Notes under the pieces: model-generated
The model's database searches: none
What the model was told of the DNA's origin: nothing
The model's input: the letters and a program-made list of their open reading frames with translations, nothing else
Program-made: the position numbers and the translations under genes
In this document: positions 12,901-23,586 of the stretch, in pieces
Position numbering within the stretch: the first letter of the stretch is position 1
Layout of the letters: each line of letters starts with the position of its first letter
Assembly (NCBI GenBank): GCA_002269645.1
Contig: NIVC01004822.1
Location: forward strand, 1 to 34,188
From: Macrostomum lignano
Taxonomy: Eukaryota
Length of the DNA: 34,188 bases
Reading direction: 5' to 3'

Positions 12901-14671
12901 TTTTGAGTCTGAGTAGTGCCATTGTGTGTCCTGAATAGTGCCATTTTGAGTCTGAGTAGTGCCATTTTGTGTCTGAGTAGTGCCATTTTGTGTCTGAGTA
13001 GTGCCATTTTGTGTCTGAGTAGTGCCATTTTGTGTCTGAGTAGTGCCATTTTGTGTCTGAGTAGTGCCATTTTGTGTCTGAGTAGTGCCATTTTGTGTCT
13101 AAGTAGTGCCATTTTGTGCCTTAGTGGTGGTTCCATTTTGTGTCTGAGTAGTGCCATTTGTATTTAAATAGTACCATTTTGAGTCTGAGTAGTGCCATTT
13201 TTATTTAAATAGTACCATTTTGAGTCTGAGTAGTGCCATTTTTATTTAAATAGTACCATTTTGAGTCTGAGTAGTGCCATTGTGTGTCCTGAATAGTGCC
13301 ATTTTGAGTCTGAGTAGTGCCATTGTGTGTCCTAAATAGTGCCCATTTTGAGTCTGAGTAGTGCCATTGTGTGTCCTGAATAGTGCCCATTTTGAGTCTG
13401 AGTAGTGCCATTTTGTGTCTGAGTAGTGCCATTTTGTGTCTGAGTAGTGCCATTTTGTGTCTGAGTAGTGCCATTTTGAGTCTGAGTAGTGCCATTGTGT
13501 GTCCTGAATAGTGCCATTTTGAGTCTGAGTAGTGCCATTGTGTGTCCTGAATAGTGCCATTTTGAGTCTGAGTAGTGCCGTTTTGTGTCTGAGTAGTGCC
13601 ATTTTGAGTCTGAGTAGTGCCATTGTGTGTCCTGAATAGTGCCATTTTGAGTCTGAGTAGTGCCATTGTGTGTCCTGAATAGTGCCATTTTGAGTCTGAG
13701 TAGTGCAATTGTGTGTCCTGAATAGTGCCATTTTGAGTCTGAGTAGTGCCATTGTGTCCTAAATAGTGCCCATTTTGAGTCTGAGTAGTGCCATTGTGAG
13801 TCTGAGTAGTGCCATTGTGTGTCCTGAATAGTGCCATTTTAAGTCTGAGTAGTGCCATTTGTATTGAAAAGTGCCATTGTCATTCTGTTTACTTCATGTC
13901 AGAATGCTTCCATTCCGAATCCTCCAGAAACGTTTTTTGCCTATGAAAATTAGCTCATTTTTTTATAAATCTTCATATAAAAATCACCCCCACCCCCAGA
14001 TCGTCCTGTTCCTGGCCCTTCGCGCCATTGTTGAAGGCCAATACGAAGCTCCAGCCGAAATTCCCGTTAAAACGATACCTGCAGCTGAGGCAGCCGAACC
14101 AGCTCAGGCTGAAGCTCAAGATGAACCCGAGGCCGCTAATACAATTTCAACCAACTCGGACAGCGATGGTGTCCGGCAGCGAAAGAATGCACCCGCCGCC
14201 GCACCCGCCGCCGCACCCGCCGCCGCAACCGCCGCCGCACCATCTCAGCAGGGCAGAGTGCAGCTTACCATCCGCTACAGCCAGCCGCGCCAATGCCTTG
14301 TAGTGGTGTGCCACCAAGCCGACTTGCCCATAGCAACCGTTGCTACGGACGACTCGAGCTTGGATCCGTACGCTAAGCTCTACATCAAATCCGACAGTCG
14401 AGGCGCTGTGTCTTCAAAGAAGCAGAAGACTAAGACGATGAAAGCTACTAGGAACCCAGTTTATGACGAGTCTTTCGAATTCTCCCTGCCAGAGTCCGAC
14501 TTATCCAGCAGCTCGCTCTGCGTGGCTTTGATGAAGCAGTGCGGCAAACTGATTGGCGGCAAGAACCATCAGATTGGCTTGGCCAGCATTGCACTGGCAG
14601 ATTTGGAGCAGAATGCCGCTACTGTTTGGTACGATTTGAAGACGGCTGCTGGGATGGCTGGCGACGAGTGA
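6923..14671 (+). CDS. ESYT: extended synaptotagmin (TM hairpin-SMP-C2A-C2B-C2C), 775 aa, 7 exons: 6923-7149, 8244-8493, 9469-9876, 10362-10733, 11419-11535, 12037-12318, 14000-14671
   Basis: N-terminal hydrophobic segment; LPSWVFFPDVERAEWLN SMP signature; GVLRFKVVEARDL, KSDPYA and NSLNPVWN C2 motifs; all junctions are GT-AG and phase-compatible (2328 nt total). Confidence 0.95.
7177..8158. repeat. 28-bp minisatellite (GTTGCTGGGCCAGCCTCCCAGATCCTCA)n, ESYT intron 1
   Basis: Visible tandem array; source of ORFs 7170-8209. Confidence 0.95.
8630..9395. repeat. ~31-bp minisatellite (CTGCCTCAAATCCCCCATTATCCTCAATCTA)n, ESYT intron 2
   Basis: Visible tandem array. Confidence 0.93.
9918..10320. repeat. 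42-bp minisatellite (GGGATTATTATCCCATCGGATAATCCTATGTATAGTTTCATG)n, ESYT intron 3
   Basis: Visible tandem array with internal dyad (GGATTAT..ATAATCC); in frame with exon 3 but removed by the AAG|GTGAAA donor at 9877. Confidence 0.93.
10792..11290. repeat. 26-bp purine-rich minisatellite (ATGTAGGGAAGGGAGGCTGAGATGAG)n, ESYT intron 4
   Basis: Visible tandem array. Confidence 0.93.
11605..11900. repeat. degenerate ~30-bp minisatellite (ATGTACACATGGGAATCCCACCCTCCAAA)n, ESYT intron 5
   Basis: Visible tandem array. Confidence 0.85.
12378..13880. repeat. 21-bp minisatellite (TGAGTAGTGCCATTTTGTGTC)n with ~43-bp dimeric higher-order variant, ESYT intron 6
   Basis: Visible tandem array; source of the MALLRHK ORFs. 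Confidence 0.95.
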
Positions 14672-14764
14672 CTGATTGATTGACAAGTGGTTTCTGGACT
14701 CTCGGTATTTCACACCTTTGCTATGCAGGTGCTTTGTTTTTTTAGATTTGTTTTGTTTTCTCAT

Positions 14765-15800
14765 TGGGGTTGGGGATTTGAGCAATCTCTTATTGGGATT
14801 TGGGATTTGAGCATCTCTTATGGGGATTTGGGATTTGAGCATCTCTTATGGGGATTTGGGATTTGAGCATCTCTTATGGAGATTTGGGATTTGAGCATCT
14901 CTTATGGGGATTTGGGATTTGAGCATCTCTTATGGAGATTTGGGATTTGAGCATCTCTTATGGAGATTTGGGATTTGAGCATCTCTTATGGGGATTTGGT
15001 ATGTGAGCATCTCTTATGGAGATTTGGGATTTGAGCATCTCTTATGAGGATTTGGGATTTGAGCATCTCTTATGGAGATTTGGGATTTGAGCATCTCTTA
15101 TGGAGATTTGGGATTTGAGCATCTCTTATGGGGATTTGGGATTTGAGCATCTCTTATGGTGATTTGGGATTTGAGCATCTCTTATGGAGATTTGGGATTT
15201 GAGCATCTCTTATGGGGATTTGGGATTTGAGCATCTCTTATGGAGATTTGGGATTTGAGCAATCTCTTATTGGGATTTGGGATTTGAGCATCTCTTATGG
15301 AGATTTGGGATTTGAGCAATCTCTTATTGGGATTTGGGATTTGAGCATCTCTTATGGGGATTTGGGATTTGAGCATCTCTTAATGGGGATTTGAGCAATC
15401 TCTTGTGAGGATTTAAGCAATCTCTTGTGGGGATTTGAGCAAACTCTTGTGAGGATTTGAGCCAACTCTTATGGGGATGTGAGCAATATCTTGTAGGGAT
15501 TTGAGCAACCTCTTGTGGGGATTTGAGCAATCTCTTGTGAGAACTTGAGCAATCTCTTGTGAGAAATTGAGCAATCTCTTGTGAGAATTTGAGCAATCTC
15601 TTGTGAGAACTTGAGCAATCTCTTGTGAGAAATTGAGCAATCTCTTGTGAGAATTTGAGAAATCTCTTGTGAGAAATTGAGCAATCTCTTGAGGGGATTT
15701 GAGCAAGCTCTTATTGGGATTTGGAATTTGAGCAATCTCTTATGGGGATTTGGAATTTGAGCAATCTTCCGTAGGGATTTTGGGGATTCAAGCGATCTCT
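14765..15800. repeat. 28-bp (GGGATTTGGGATTTGAGCATCTCTTATG)n array grading into a 21-22-bp variant
   Basis: Visible tandem array 3' of the ESYT stop codon. Confidence 0.93.
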
Positions 15801-16671
15801 TTTGGGGGATTTGAGATTTGATCTATGTCTTTTAATCCTATTTCTATCTAAGTTTGTCTCTCTTATTTATCAAAACAGATTATTAAACATTGAATCAGTT
15901 TCCATTAGTGTAAATGAAGCCATTATTTGCCAATTTCTATCATTTTTTTATTATTGACGTTTTTATATGTTCTGTGCTTTGTTTTTCATGCTGATGACAA
16001 TAGAGATTTATGTATCCATTTCTGTCTAAACTACCGTACAAACAGCTAATATATTTTAACTATTTATTTTTATTTTTTCAAGTCGAGTTTCGTTTCGTAA
16101 AGAAGATCATCAGTGGCTTTAATTGCTGTTATTCGTAGCCAAATTTTATTTTTAAAACCAGTTTTTAAAAATTATATTCTACTTTTTGTTCCTCCTATCC
16201 ATCTGCAGCTTACCTTGCCTTGAAAGTTTAATAATTGATTTTTCTATTTTATCTATCTTTGTACAATTTGATATAGTTGTGTACTCAAGTTATTTTGTTT
16301 TGGTGTGCCGAATTTCTATATCAATATTGCTGGCCAAATAAGTTCAATCAGACAGACTGCTCTCCAGCTGTTTCTGTTCCCTTTTTGTATCTCCTTTTTA
16401 TTGTTACTTTTTCTAGTAGTCTTTTTTCTAAATTTAGACTGGCTTCTATTAGCTTCTGCTGGCACTGCTTTTTGCTGCTGTCTTTTGTGTGAAGCAATTT
16501 TACTCTCTCTCGCTAATGAGCACTGTAGTTCACTGTGAACTATTCAATTTAATTGGGTCAGCGTGTTGCCTTGGCTTTTTTATTCTATTGGCATTCGAGT
16601 ACTGCTTGTTGGCTTTGTTGCTTATTGACTTTTTAGCTGGCTGGATAAGATTGAATAAGTGCTATAGGGAT

Positions 16672-17082
16672 GTCTGTCTATGTCTGTCTCAGTGTGTCTC
16701 AGTGTCTGTCTCAGTGTCTGTCTCCGTGTCTGTCTCAGTGTCTGTCTCAGTGTGTCTCAGTGTCTGTCTCAGTGTCTGTCTCAGTGTGTGTCTCCGTGTC
16801 TGTCTCAGTGTCTGTCTCAGTGTCTGTCTCAGTGTGTCTCAGTGTGTCTCAGTGTCTGTCTCAGTGTCTGTCTCAGTGTCTGACTCAGTGTCTGTCTCAG
16901 TGTCTGTCTCAGTGTCTGTCTCAGTGTGTCTCAGTGTCTGTCTCAGTGTCTGTCTCAGTGTCTGACTCAGTGTCTGTCTCAGTGTCTGTCTCAGTGTCTG
17001 TCTCCGTGTCTGACTCAGTGTCTGTCTCCGTGTCTGTCTCAGTGTCTGTCTCAGTGTCTGTCTCCGTGTCTGTCTGTCTGCC

Positions 17083-17121
<39 letters not shown>

Positions 17122-17123
17122 TA

Positions 17124-17154
<31 letters not shown>

Positions 17155-17160
17155 GTCTCT
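16672..17160. repeat. (CTGTCTCAGTGT)n 12-bp repeat and (CTGT)n microsatellite
   Basis: Visible tandem array. Confidence 0.93.
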
Positions 17161-17273
17161 CAGAATTCTAATGTCCTGAAGTCCAAATAGTGTATAGAAT
17201 GCTCACTTGTCATCTGAATTTTTTATCTCTAGATCTACTAGTACTAAAAAATTAACTCTCTGATTGCTTCCAG

Positions 17274-17765
17274 GAGCAGCAAGAGCAGCAGCGGCAGCAG
17301 TCGGACCCGAGCTATGCCGAGCGCCTCGGCCGCATCGAGCTGACCCTCCGCTACAGCCCGGCCCGGCAGAGCCTGGTGCTGGCCTGCCACCGGGTGCAGC
17401 TGCTGCCGCAGACAGCGGGCCCCACCGTAGACACAAATCTCTGCAATCCCTACGTAAAATTCTCCATAGAAGCAGCGGAATCTTCTGCTTATGCTAATCA
17501 GCAATCCAAGAAGCAGAGCAAGCGCACCGGTACAGCGCGCTCCACTCTCACGCCTGTGTTCGATGAGTCGTTTGATTTTCAAGTGAACGAAATTGAATTG
17601 TCTTATCGTTACCTGCGGGTTCGAGTGCTGCATAGGAAACCGAAGAGCAAGAGCATTCTGCCTGGCCCGGCGGCGCGTCTTAGTCGGGGCGTGTTGCTGG
17701 GCTCGGCTCGAATCTCTCTGGCTGATTTTGAGCACAACTCCACTGCTTGGTACGAGTTAGGGTGA
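17274..17765 (+). CDS. orphan terminal exon encoding a second ESYT-type C2C domain (paralog of ESYT exon 7)
   Basis: TTCCAG| phase-0 acceptor; LGRIELTLRYSPARQSLVLACH..NPYVKF..TPVFDESFDF..LGSARISLADFEHNSTAWYEL parallels exon 7 GRVQLTIRYSQPRQCLVVVCH..DPYAKL..NPVYDESFEF..IGLASIALADLEQNAATVWYDL; AATAAA at 17836-17841. No ATG of its own. Confidence 0.8.
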   Translation, partial: EQQEQQRQQSDPSYAERLGRIELTLRYSPARQSLVLACHRVQLLPQTAGPTVDTNLCNPYVKFSIEAAESSAYANQQSKKQSKRTGTARSTLTPVFDESFDFQVNEIELSYRYLRVRVLHRKPKSKSILPGPAARLSRGVLLGSARISLADFEHNSTAWYELG

Positions 17766-17884
17766 CAGCGTGTACTTTTAATTGGCTTTTGAAGTAAACG
17801 GTTTTTTAACATGATTTCAAAAATTAAAGTTGTGCAATAAATTATTCTGCAATCAGTTCATTAATTAATCAATCAGTTACTTTT

Positions 17885-18440
17885 TGGCGCCTCCCCCACC
17901 CCATATTTGGCGCCTCTCACACCCCCATATTTGGCGCCTCTCACATCCCTATTTTTGGTGCCTCTCACACCCCCTTTTTGGTGCCTCTCAATCCCCCTAT
18001 TCGGCGCCTCTCACACCCCTTATTTGGCGCCTCTCACACCCCCATATTTGGCGCCTCACACCCCCATATTTGGCGCCTCTCACACCCCCATATTTGGCGC
18101 CTCTCACACCCCTCTATTCGGCGCCTCTCACACCCCTCTATTCGGCGCCTCTCACACCCCTCTATTCGGCGCCTCTCACACCCCTCTATTCGGCACCTCT
18201 CATTCCCTATTTGGCGCCTCTCACACCCCTCTATTTGGCGCCTCTCACACCCCTCTATTCGGCGCCTCTCATTCTCTATTTGGCGCCTCTCACACCCCTC
18301 TATTCGGCGCCTCTCACCCCTCTATTCGGCGCCTCTCACACCCCTCTATTCGGCGCCTCTCACACCCCTCTATTCGGCGCCTCTCACACCCCTATATTCG
18401 GCGCCTCTCATTCCCTATTTGGCGCCTCCCATGGCCTTTT
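17885..18440. repeat. 24-bp minisatellite (TTCGGCGCCTCTCACACCCCTCTA)n
   Basis: Visible tandem array. Confidence 0.93.
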
Positions 18441-18811
18441 TGGCGCTTCTCACACCTTCTCACACCTTTTTGTTGGCTCTAAAATCCATTCGATTCCCTA
18501 GTAGCGGAGTTCCTCTTCATCACTACTTCGCAAACTTCTTCAGGTGCTGTGATTTTAATAATAAATCAATTTTTTAAGTTTATTTTAGTGAGTATTTTAC
18601 GGTATGTGCTGCGAAATACAAACTTTACTAGTCTGCAGAGATCTTTGTTTTGCAATATATGATCCAACAAATAAATGCTTTTGTCTTACTATTCAACAGT
18701 ACTAAAGTTCGAGTTAGTTTGAGTTCTTTAAAAATAATTGGCTGTTTTATAAGTAACTCGTATGTAATTACTCAAGATTTTTGCAGAATTTTGACACTCG
18801 TAGCTACTCGT

Positions 18812-19129
18812 TAATAATAATTGATTACACCTGCCCCAATTAAGCAGATGTGCAACCGACAGCTCAGCCGCAGCTATTGCGCGGCGCATCTGAAGGCTGC
18901 GTAAGGCTGTTCAGTCCAAGGACTGGGGGGTCGCCACACAGCCTCAAATACCCCAGTTAATGCTGGCACCCATTTTACAGCTGGGTGAACTGAAGCAATA
19001 CAGAGTTAAATGTCTTGCTCAAGGACACAAATTTTTCCGAGGTGGGATCGGGAATCGAACCCCCGACCTTTCAGTCGTGAGTCCGACACCCTTACCACTA
19101 GGCTACAGTCCCTGCTAGGCTACAACCCC
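18812..19129 (-). mobile_element. tRNA-derived CORE-type SINE, copy 1
   Basis: - strand: A box TAGCCTAGTGG, B box GGTTCGATTC, CORE-like TGTGTCCTTGAGCAAGACATTTAACTCT..CAGCTGTAAAATGGG (resembles the MIR core), (TTA) tail; homologous to 26393-26640. Confidence 0.85.
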
Positions 19130-19275
19130 TTACAACAGCTACTTAAGTAAGTAGTATATCTATCTATAAACAGCCTTCAGTTATTAAGTAAGTAGTATGA
19201 TTTTTATGAAGCATCTATAGTAGTGTCTATATATCTTTAAATTAGCAGTATTTCTACTGATATTTTTGCATGCCA

Positions 19276-22200
19276 ATGGACGTCAGGCAGCTCAGGCAGT
19301 TGGAATTTCCCCAACTAAACGATTATGTCTATCTGGATCATGCAGGCGCCACTCTCTATTCGGAGAGGCAGCTGACCAGGGTGATGCAGGAGCTGCAGTC
19401 GGGGTTATATGGCAATCCGCATACTCAGGTAACGTCTGTTTAACTTGGCTCTTGGATTTACTCTCTCTCCGTCTTTCCTTTCTTTACACTGTCTTCCTGC
19501 ATGTTTGTCTCCCATCATTCATCCCTTCATCTCCTCTATCCCTCCCTTCATCTCCCCTATCCCTCGCTCCATCTCCTATATTCCTCCCTTCATATCCTCT
19601 ATCCCTCCCTTCATCTCCTCTATTCCTCCCTTCATCTCCTCTATCCCTCCCTTCATATCCTCTATCCCTCCCTTCATCTCCTCTATTCCTCCCTTCATCT
19701 CCTCTATCCCTCCCTTCATATCCTCTATCCCTCCCTTCATCTCCTATATCCCTCCCTTCATCTCCTATATCCCTCCCTTCACCTCCTCTATTCCTCCCTT
19801 CATCTCCTCTAGGCTCTATCCCTCCCTTCATACCTCCTATCCCTCCTATCCCATATCTGTCTCCTCTCCCTCCCTGCATCTCGCCAGGCCCGCAAAAGTG
19901 CTCACACCAGTCGCCTAGTTGAGGAGGCTCGCAACTCTGTGCTGAAACATTTCAACACCAGCAACCAGCAGCATGCTGTCATTTTCACATCCGGCGCCAC
20001 GGCTGCAGTGAAAATTTTAGCCGAGAGTTTCCAAGCAGGCCAGCACGGCGCTGGTTTGTTTAATTATTTATTAGACTCGCACACCTCTATTGTTGGCATG
20101 CGGGAAGTGCTCCGGTCCAGAGGATTCGTTGTGAGGTGCAGCAGGACTGAGCTGGAGCTGGAATCAGCTACTAGCAGTAGTAGTGACGGTCGCGTTCTGT
20201 TTGCCCTGCCTGCTCAGTGCAATTTCTCCGGCAGGAAACTGGATTTAAGCATTGTGGACCGATTGAAAGCCAATAATAAAGACGCGTACGTGCTGCTGGA
20301 TGCTGCATCATTTGCCGCCACCTGTCCATTGGATCTGACAGCTTGTTCGGCTGATTTTGTCTGCTTATCGTTTTATAAAATGTTTGGCTACCCTACGGGC
20401 CTCGGAGCTCTCATTGTGCGGCTGGATAGAGTGGCCAATGGTGAATCGGTGCTTAAGAAGGCCTACTTTGGCGGTGGTACCGTGCAGGTGAAGCAAAATT
20501 GTTTTTACTTTTCTGCACTTGTTTATCATCAGTGAATCTCTTATGATGAAACATAAATAGCTAATTGAGGTTATTAGGCACTGCTATTAACTGCTTTTAG
20601 CAACTGGCCCTCAAGAGACCCACATGAATCGTCCGCAAAAATCGCCCTCAAAAATCGCCCTTAAGAATCGCCCCCAATAATCGCCCGCAAGAATCGCCCT
20701 GAAGAATCGCTCGCCTTTAAGAATCGCCCCCAAGAATCGCCCTCAAGAATCGCCCTCAAGAATCGCCCTCAAGAGTCGCCCTCAAGAATCGCCCACAAGA
20801 ATCGCCCTCAAGAATCGCCCGCAAGAATCGCCCACAAGAATCGCCCTCAAGAGTCGCCCTCAAGAATCGCCCTCAAGAATCGCCCTCAAGAATCGCCCTC
20901 AAGAATCGCCCCCAAGAATTGCCCTCAAGAATCGCCCTCAAGAATCGTCCCCAAAAATCGCCCTTAAAAATCGCCCTCAAGAATCGCCCTCAAGAATCAC
21001 CCACAAGAATCGCCCTCAAGAATTGCCCTCAAGAATCGTCCCCAAAAATCCCCCTTAAGAATCGCCCCCAATAATCGCCCTTAAGAATCGTCCCCAATAA
21101 TCGCCCTCAAGAATCGCCCTTAAGAATCGTCCCCAAAAATCGCCCTTAAGAATCGTCCCCAAAAATCGCCCTTAAGAATCGTCCCCAATAATCGCCCTCA
21201 AGAATCGCCCTAAAGAATCGCCTTTAAGAATCGCCCTCAAGAATCGTCCCCAAAAATCGCCCTTAAGAATCGCACCCAATAATCGCCCCTAAGAATCGCC
21301 TTTAAGAATCGCTTTTATTGAATATTAATCGCTTCCTTCCCCCTATAATCACCCACAAGAATCGCCCTGAATCGCCCCATAGAATCGCCTTTAAGTATCG
21401 ATTTTATAAATCGCCCTCAAGAATCGCCAAAAATGTTAGACCTACAAAGAAAGACTCTCTGAAATCGGTGGCAGGCGATGGTCCCATCCGGCTCGTTCGT
21501 CCAGCAGTCGCCGGACCTTGCCGCCGGTTTCGAAGACGGCACCATAAACTATCTGAGCATCCTAGCAGTGCGTCACGGCTTATGGGCTCTCGAACAGCTT
21601 GGCGGCGGGATGCAGCAGATCAGTCAGCGAGTCTTTCGCCTGGCCCAGTACTTGGCCCGGCGTTTAAGCGAGCTGCGCCACTCTGACGGCTCCCCTGTTT
21701 GCCTGCTGTACACCGATAATGACTATACGGACTGGACTAAGCAGGGCGGCATTGTGGCTTTCAATTTAGTGCGCTGCGATGGTAGCTTTGTTGGCTATTC
21801 GGATCTGAGCTCCAGGGCTGAAAACTATCGGATACAGGTGCGATTATTGCTGTTACTTTTAAGTCAGGTCAGTCAGTCAGTCAGTCAGTCAGTCAGTCAG
21901 TCAGTCAGTCAGTCAGTCAGTCAGTCAGTCAGTCAGTCAGTCAGTCAGTCAGTCAGTCAGTCAGTCAGTCAGTCAGTCAGTCAGTCAGTCAGTCAGTCAG
22001 TCAGTCAGTCAGTCAGTCAGTCAGTCAGTCAGTCAGTCAGTCAGTCAGTCAGTCAGTCAGTCAGTCAGTCAGTCAGTCAGTCAGTCAGTCAGTCAGTCAG
22101 TCAGTCAGTCAGCCACCCTGACCCCTATAAAATGGCCCTTCCCCACCCCAACCCTACTCGCCAAAGCTCCGAGTGGGCTGCTTCTGCAACGTGGGCGCCT

Positions 22201-23472
22201 GCCAGCGCTACCTGGACATCACGGACGAACAGCTGTTGGCTAATCTTCGCGCCGGCCACGTGTGCGGCGACGGTGTCGATCTAGTCGACGGCCGACCTAC
22301 CGGCGCTGTCCGAGCCTCATTTGGCTACATGTCGGACGAATCCGACGCCGACGCTCTGGTTGCTATGGTAACGGACAATTTTGTAATAACAAAACCTATG
22401 CCGGTATTTTCGGTTGCGGCGCGTCGGCGCCTTTGATGTCAATGTCCCGAGACGAGCTGGCCAACCTGTGCCGCGGCGGCCAATCAGCAGCGTCAAAGGC
22501 GGCCGCGGAGTCGCACTGGCCCCATTTGGGCCGCATATTTCTCTATCCTGTGAAATCTTGCGCCGCCTTTGAAGTTGCCGCTAGTTGGCCCGTAGATCGG
22601 CGCGGCTTTCATCTTGACCGGCACTGGATGGTTGTAAACGAGTCCGGCTTGTGTCTGACTATGAAACGGGAGCCGCGGCTTAGTCAGGTGATTTATGACG
22701 ATTTTTGTTGCTGTCGTTAATTCTCTTTGTTTAGCCAATTAACCACACACTAGCTAGCCTCCTTATGTGCCTAAGAATCGCCCCTTGACCACCCCATTAT
22801 AAAACCGCCACTCCACCACCCCAATATAACCCCCTTCTCAACTACCCCATTATAAAACCGCCACTCCACCACCCCAATATAACCCCCTTCTCAACTACCC
22901 CATTATAAAATCGCCCCTCAACCACTATAAAATCGCCCCTCAACCACTATAAAATCGCCCCTCAGCCACTGTAAAATCGCCCCTCAACCACTATAAAATC
23001 GCCCCTCAACCACTATAAAATCGCCCCTCAGCCACTATAAAATCGCCCCTCAACCCCCATTATAAATCGCCCCTCAGCCACTATAAAATTGCCCCTCAAC
23101 CATGCTAAAATTGCCCCTTAAACTAGTATAAAATCGCCACTCAACCATTTCAAAGATGGTCGCCAACCCGGATATCAATGGTGCACCCTATTCCTCGTTA
23201 CTCTAGATCCGACCCTTCCTGGACCTTCAACGCCGGCTGCTGATTCTGAACTCGCCCATCAGCGATCAAAATGCGGTTGTCCCAATGGACGCCGGGCACC
23301 AGACTGCCGCTCTCTGCCTGCACAGCCGCGTCTGCGGCAGTCGCGTCCGCCTGCTGGACTGCGGGCAGGCCGCGGCCGACTGGCTCCACAGCGTTGTTGG
23401 GTATCCGTGCCGGCTGGTGCGGCAGGACGGCGACCGGCTGGCCAAGACTGGGGAGCAGGTAAGTGTCCGCTG

Positions 23473-23519
<47 letters not shown>

Positions 23520-23524
23520 CTGTC

Positions 23525-23586
<62 letters not shown>

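Noticed and set aside
30-19922. Long ORFs made of repeated peptides (LQILQWVLL, PDPQLLGQ, MALLRHK, SVSVCL, GASHTPLF, GDEGRDR)
   Set aside because: These are translations of intronic or intergenic minisatellites lacking stops; they lie inside clear GT-AG introns or outside genes.
22390-22436. Programmed -1 ribosomal frameshift in MOCOS
   Set aside because: No X XXY YYZ slippery heptamer in the required frame; an indel or intron is a simpler explanation.
74-23150. CRISPR-like arrays
   Set aside because: Units are head-to-tail with no unique spacers, there are no cas genes, and the context is eukaryotic.
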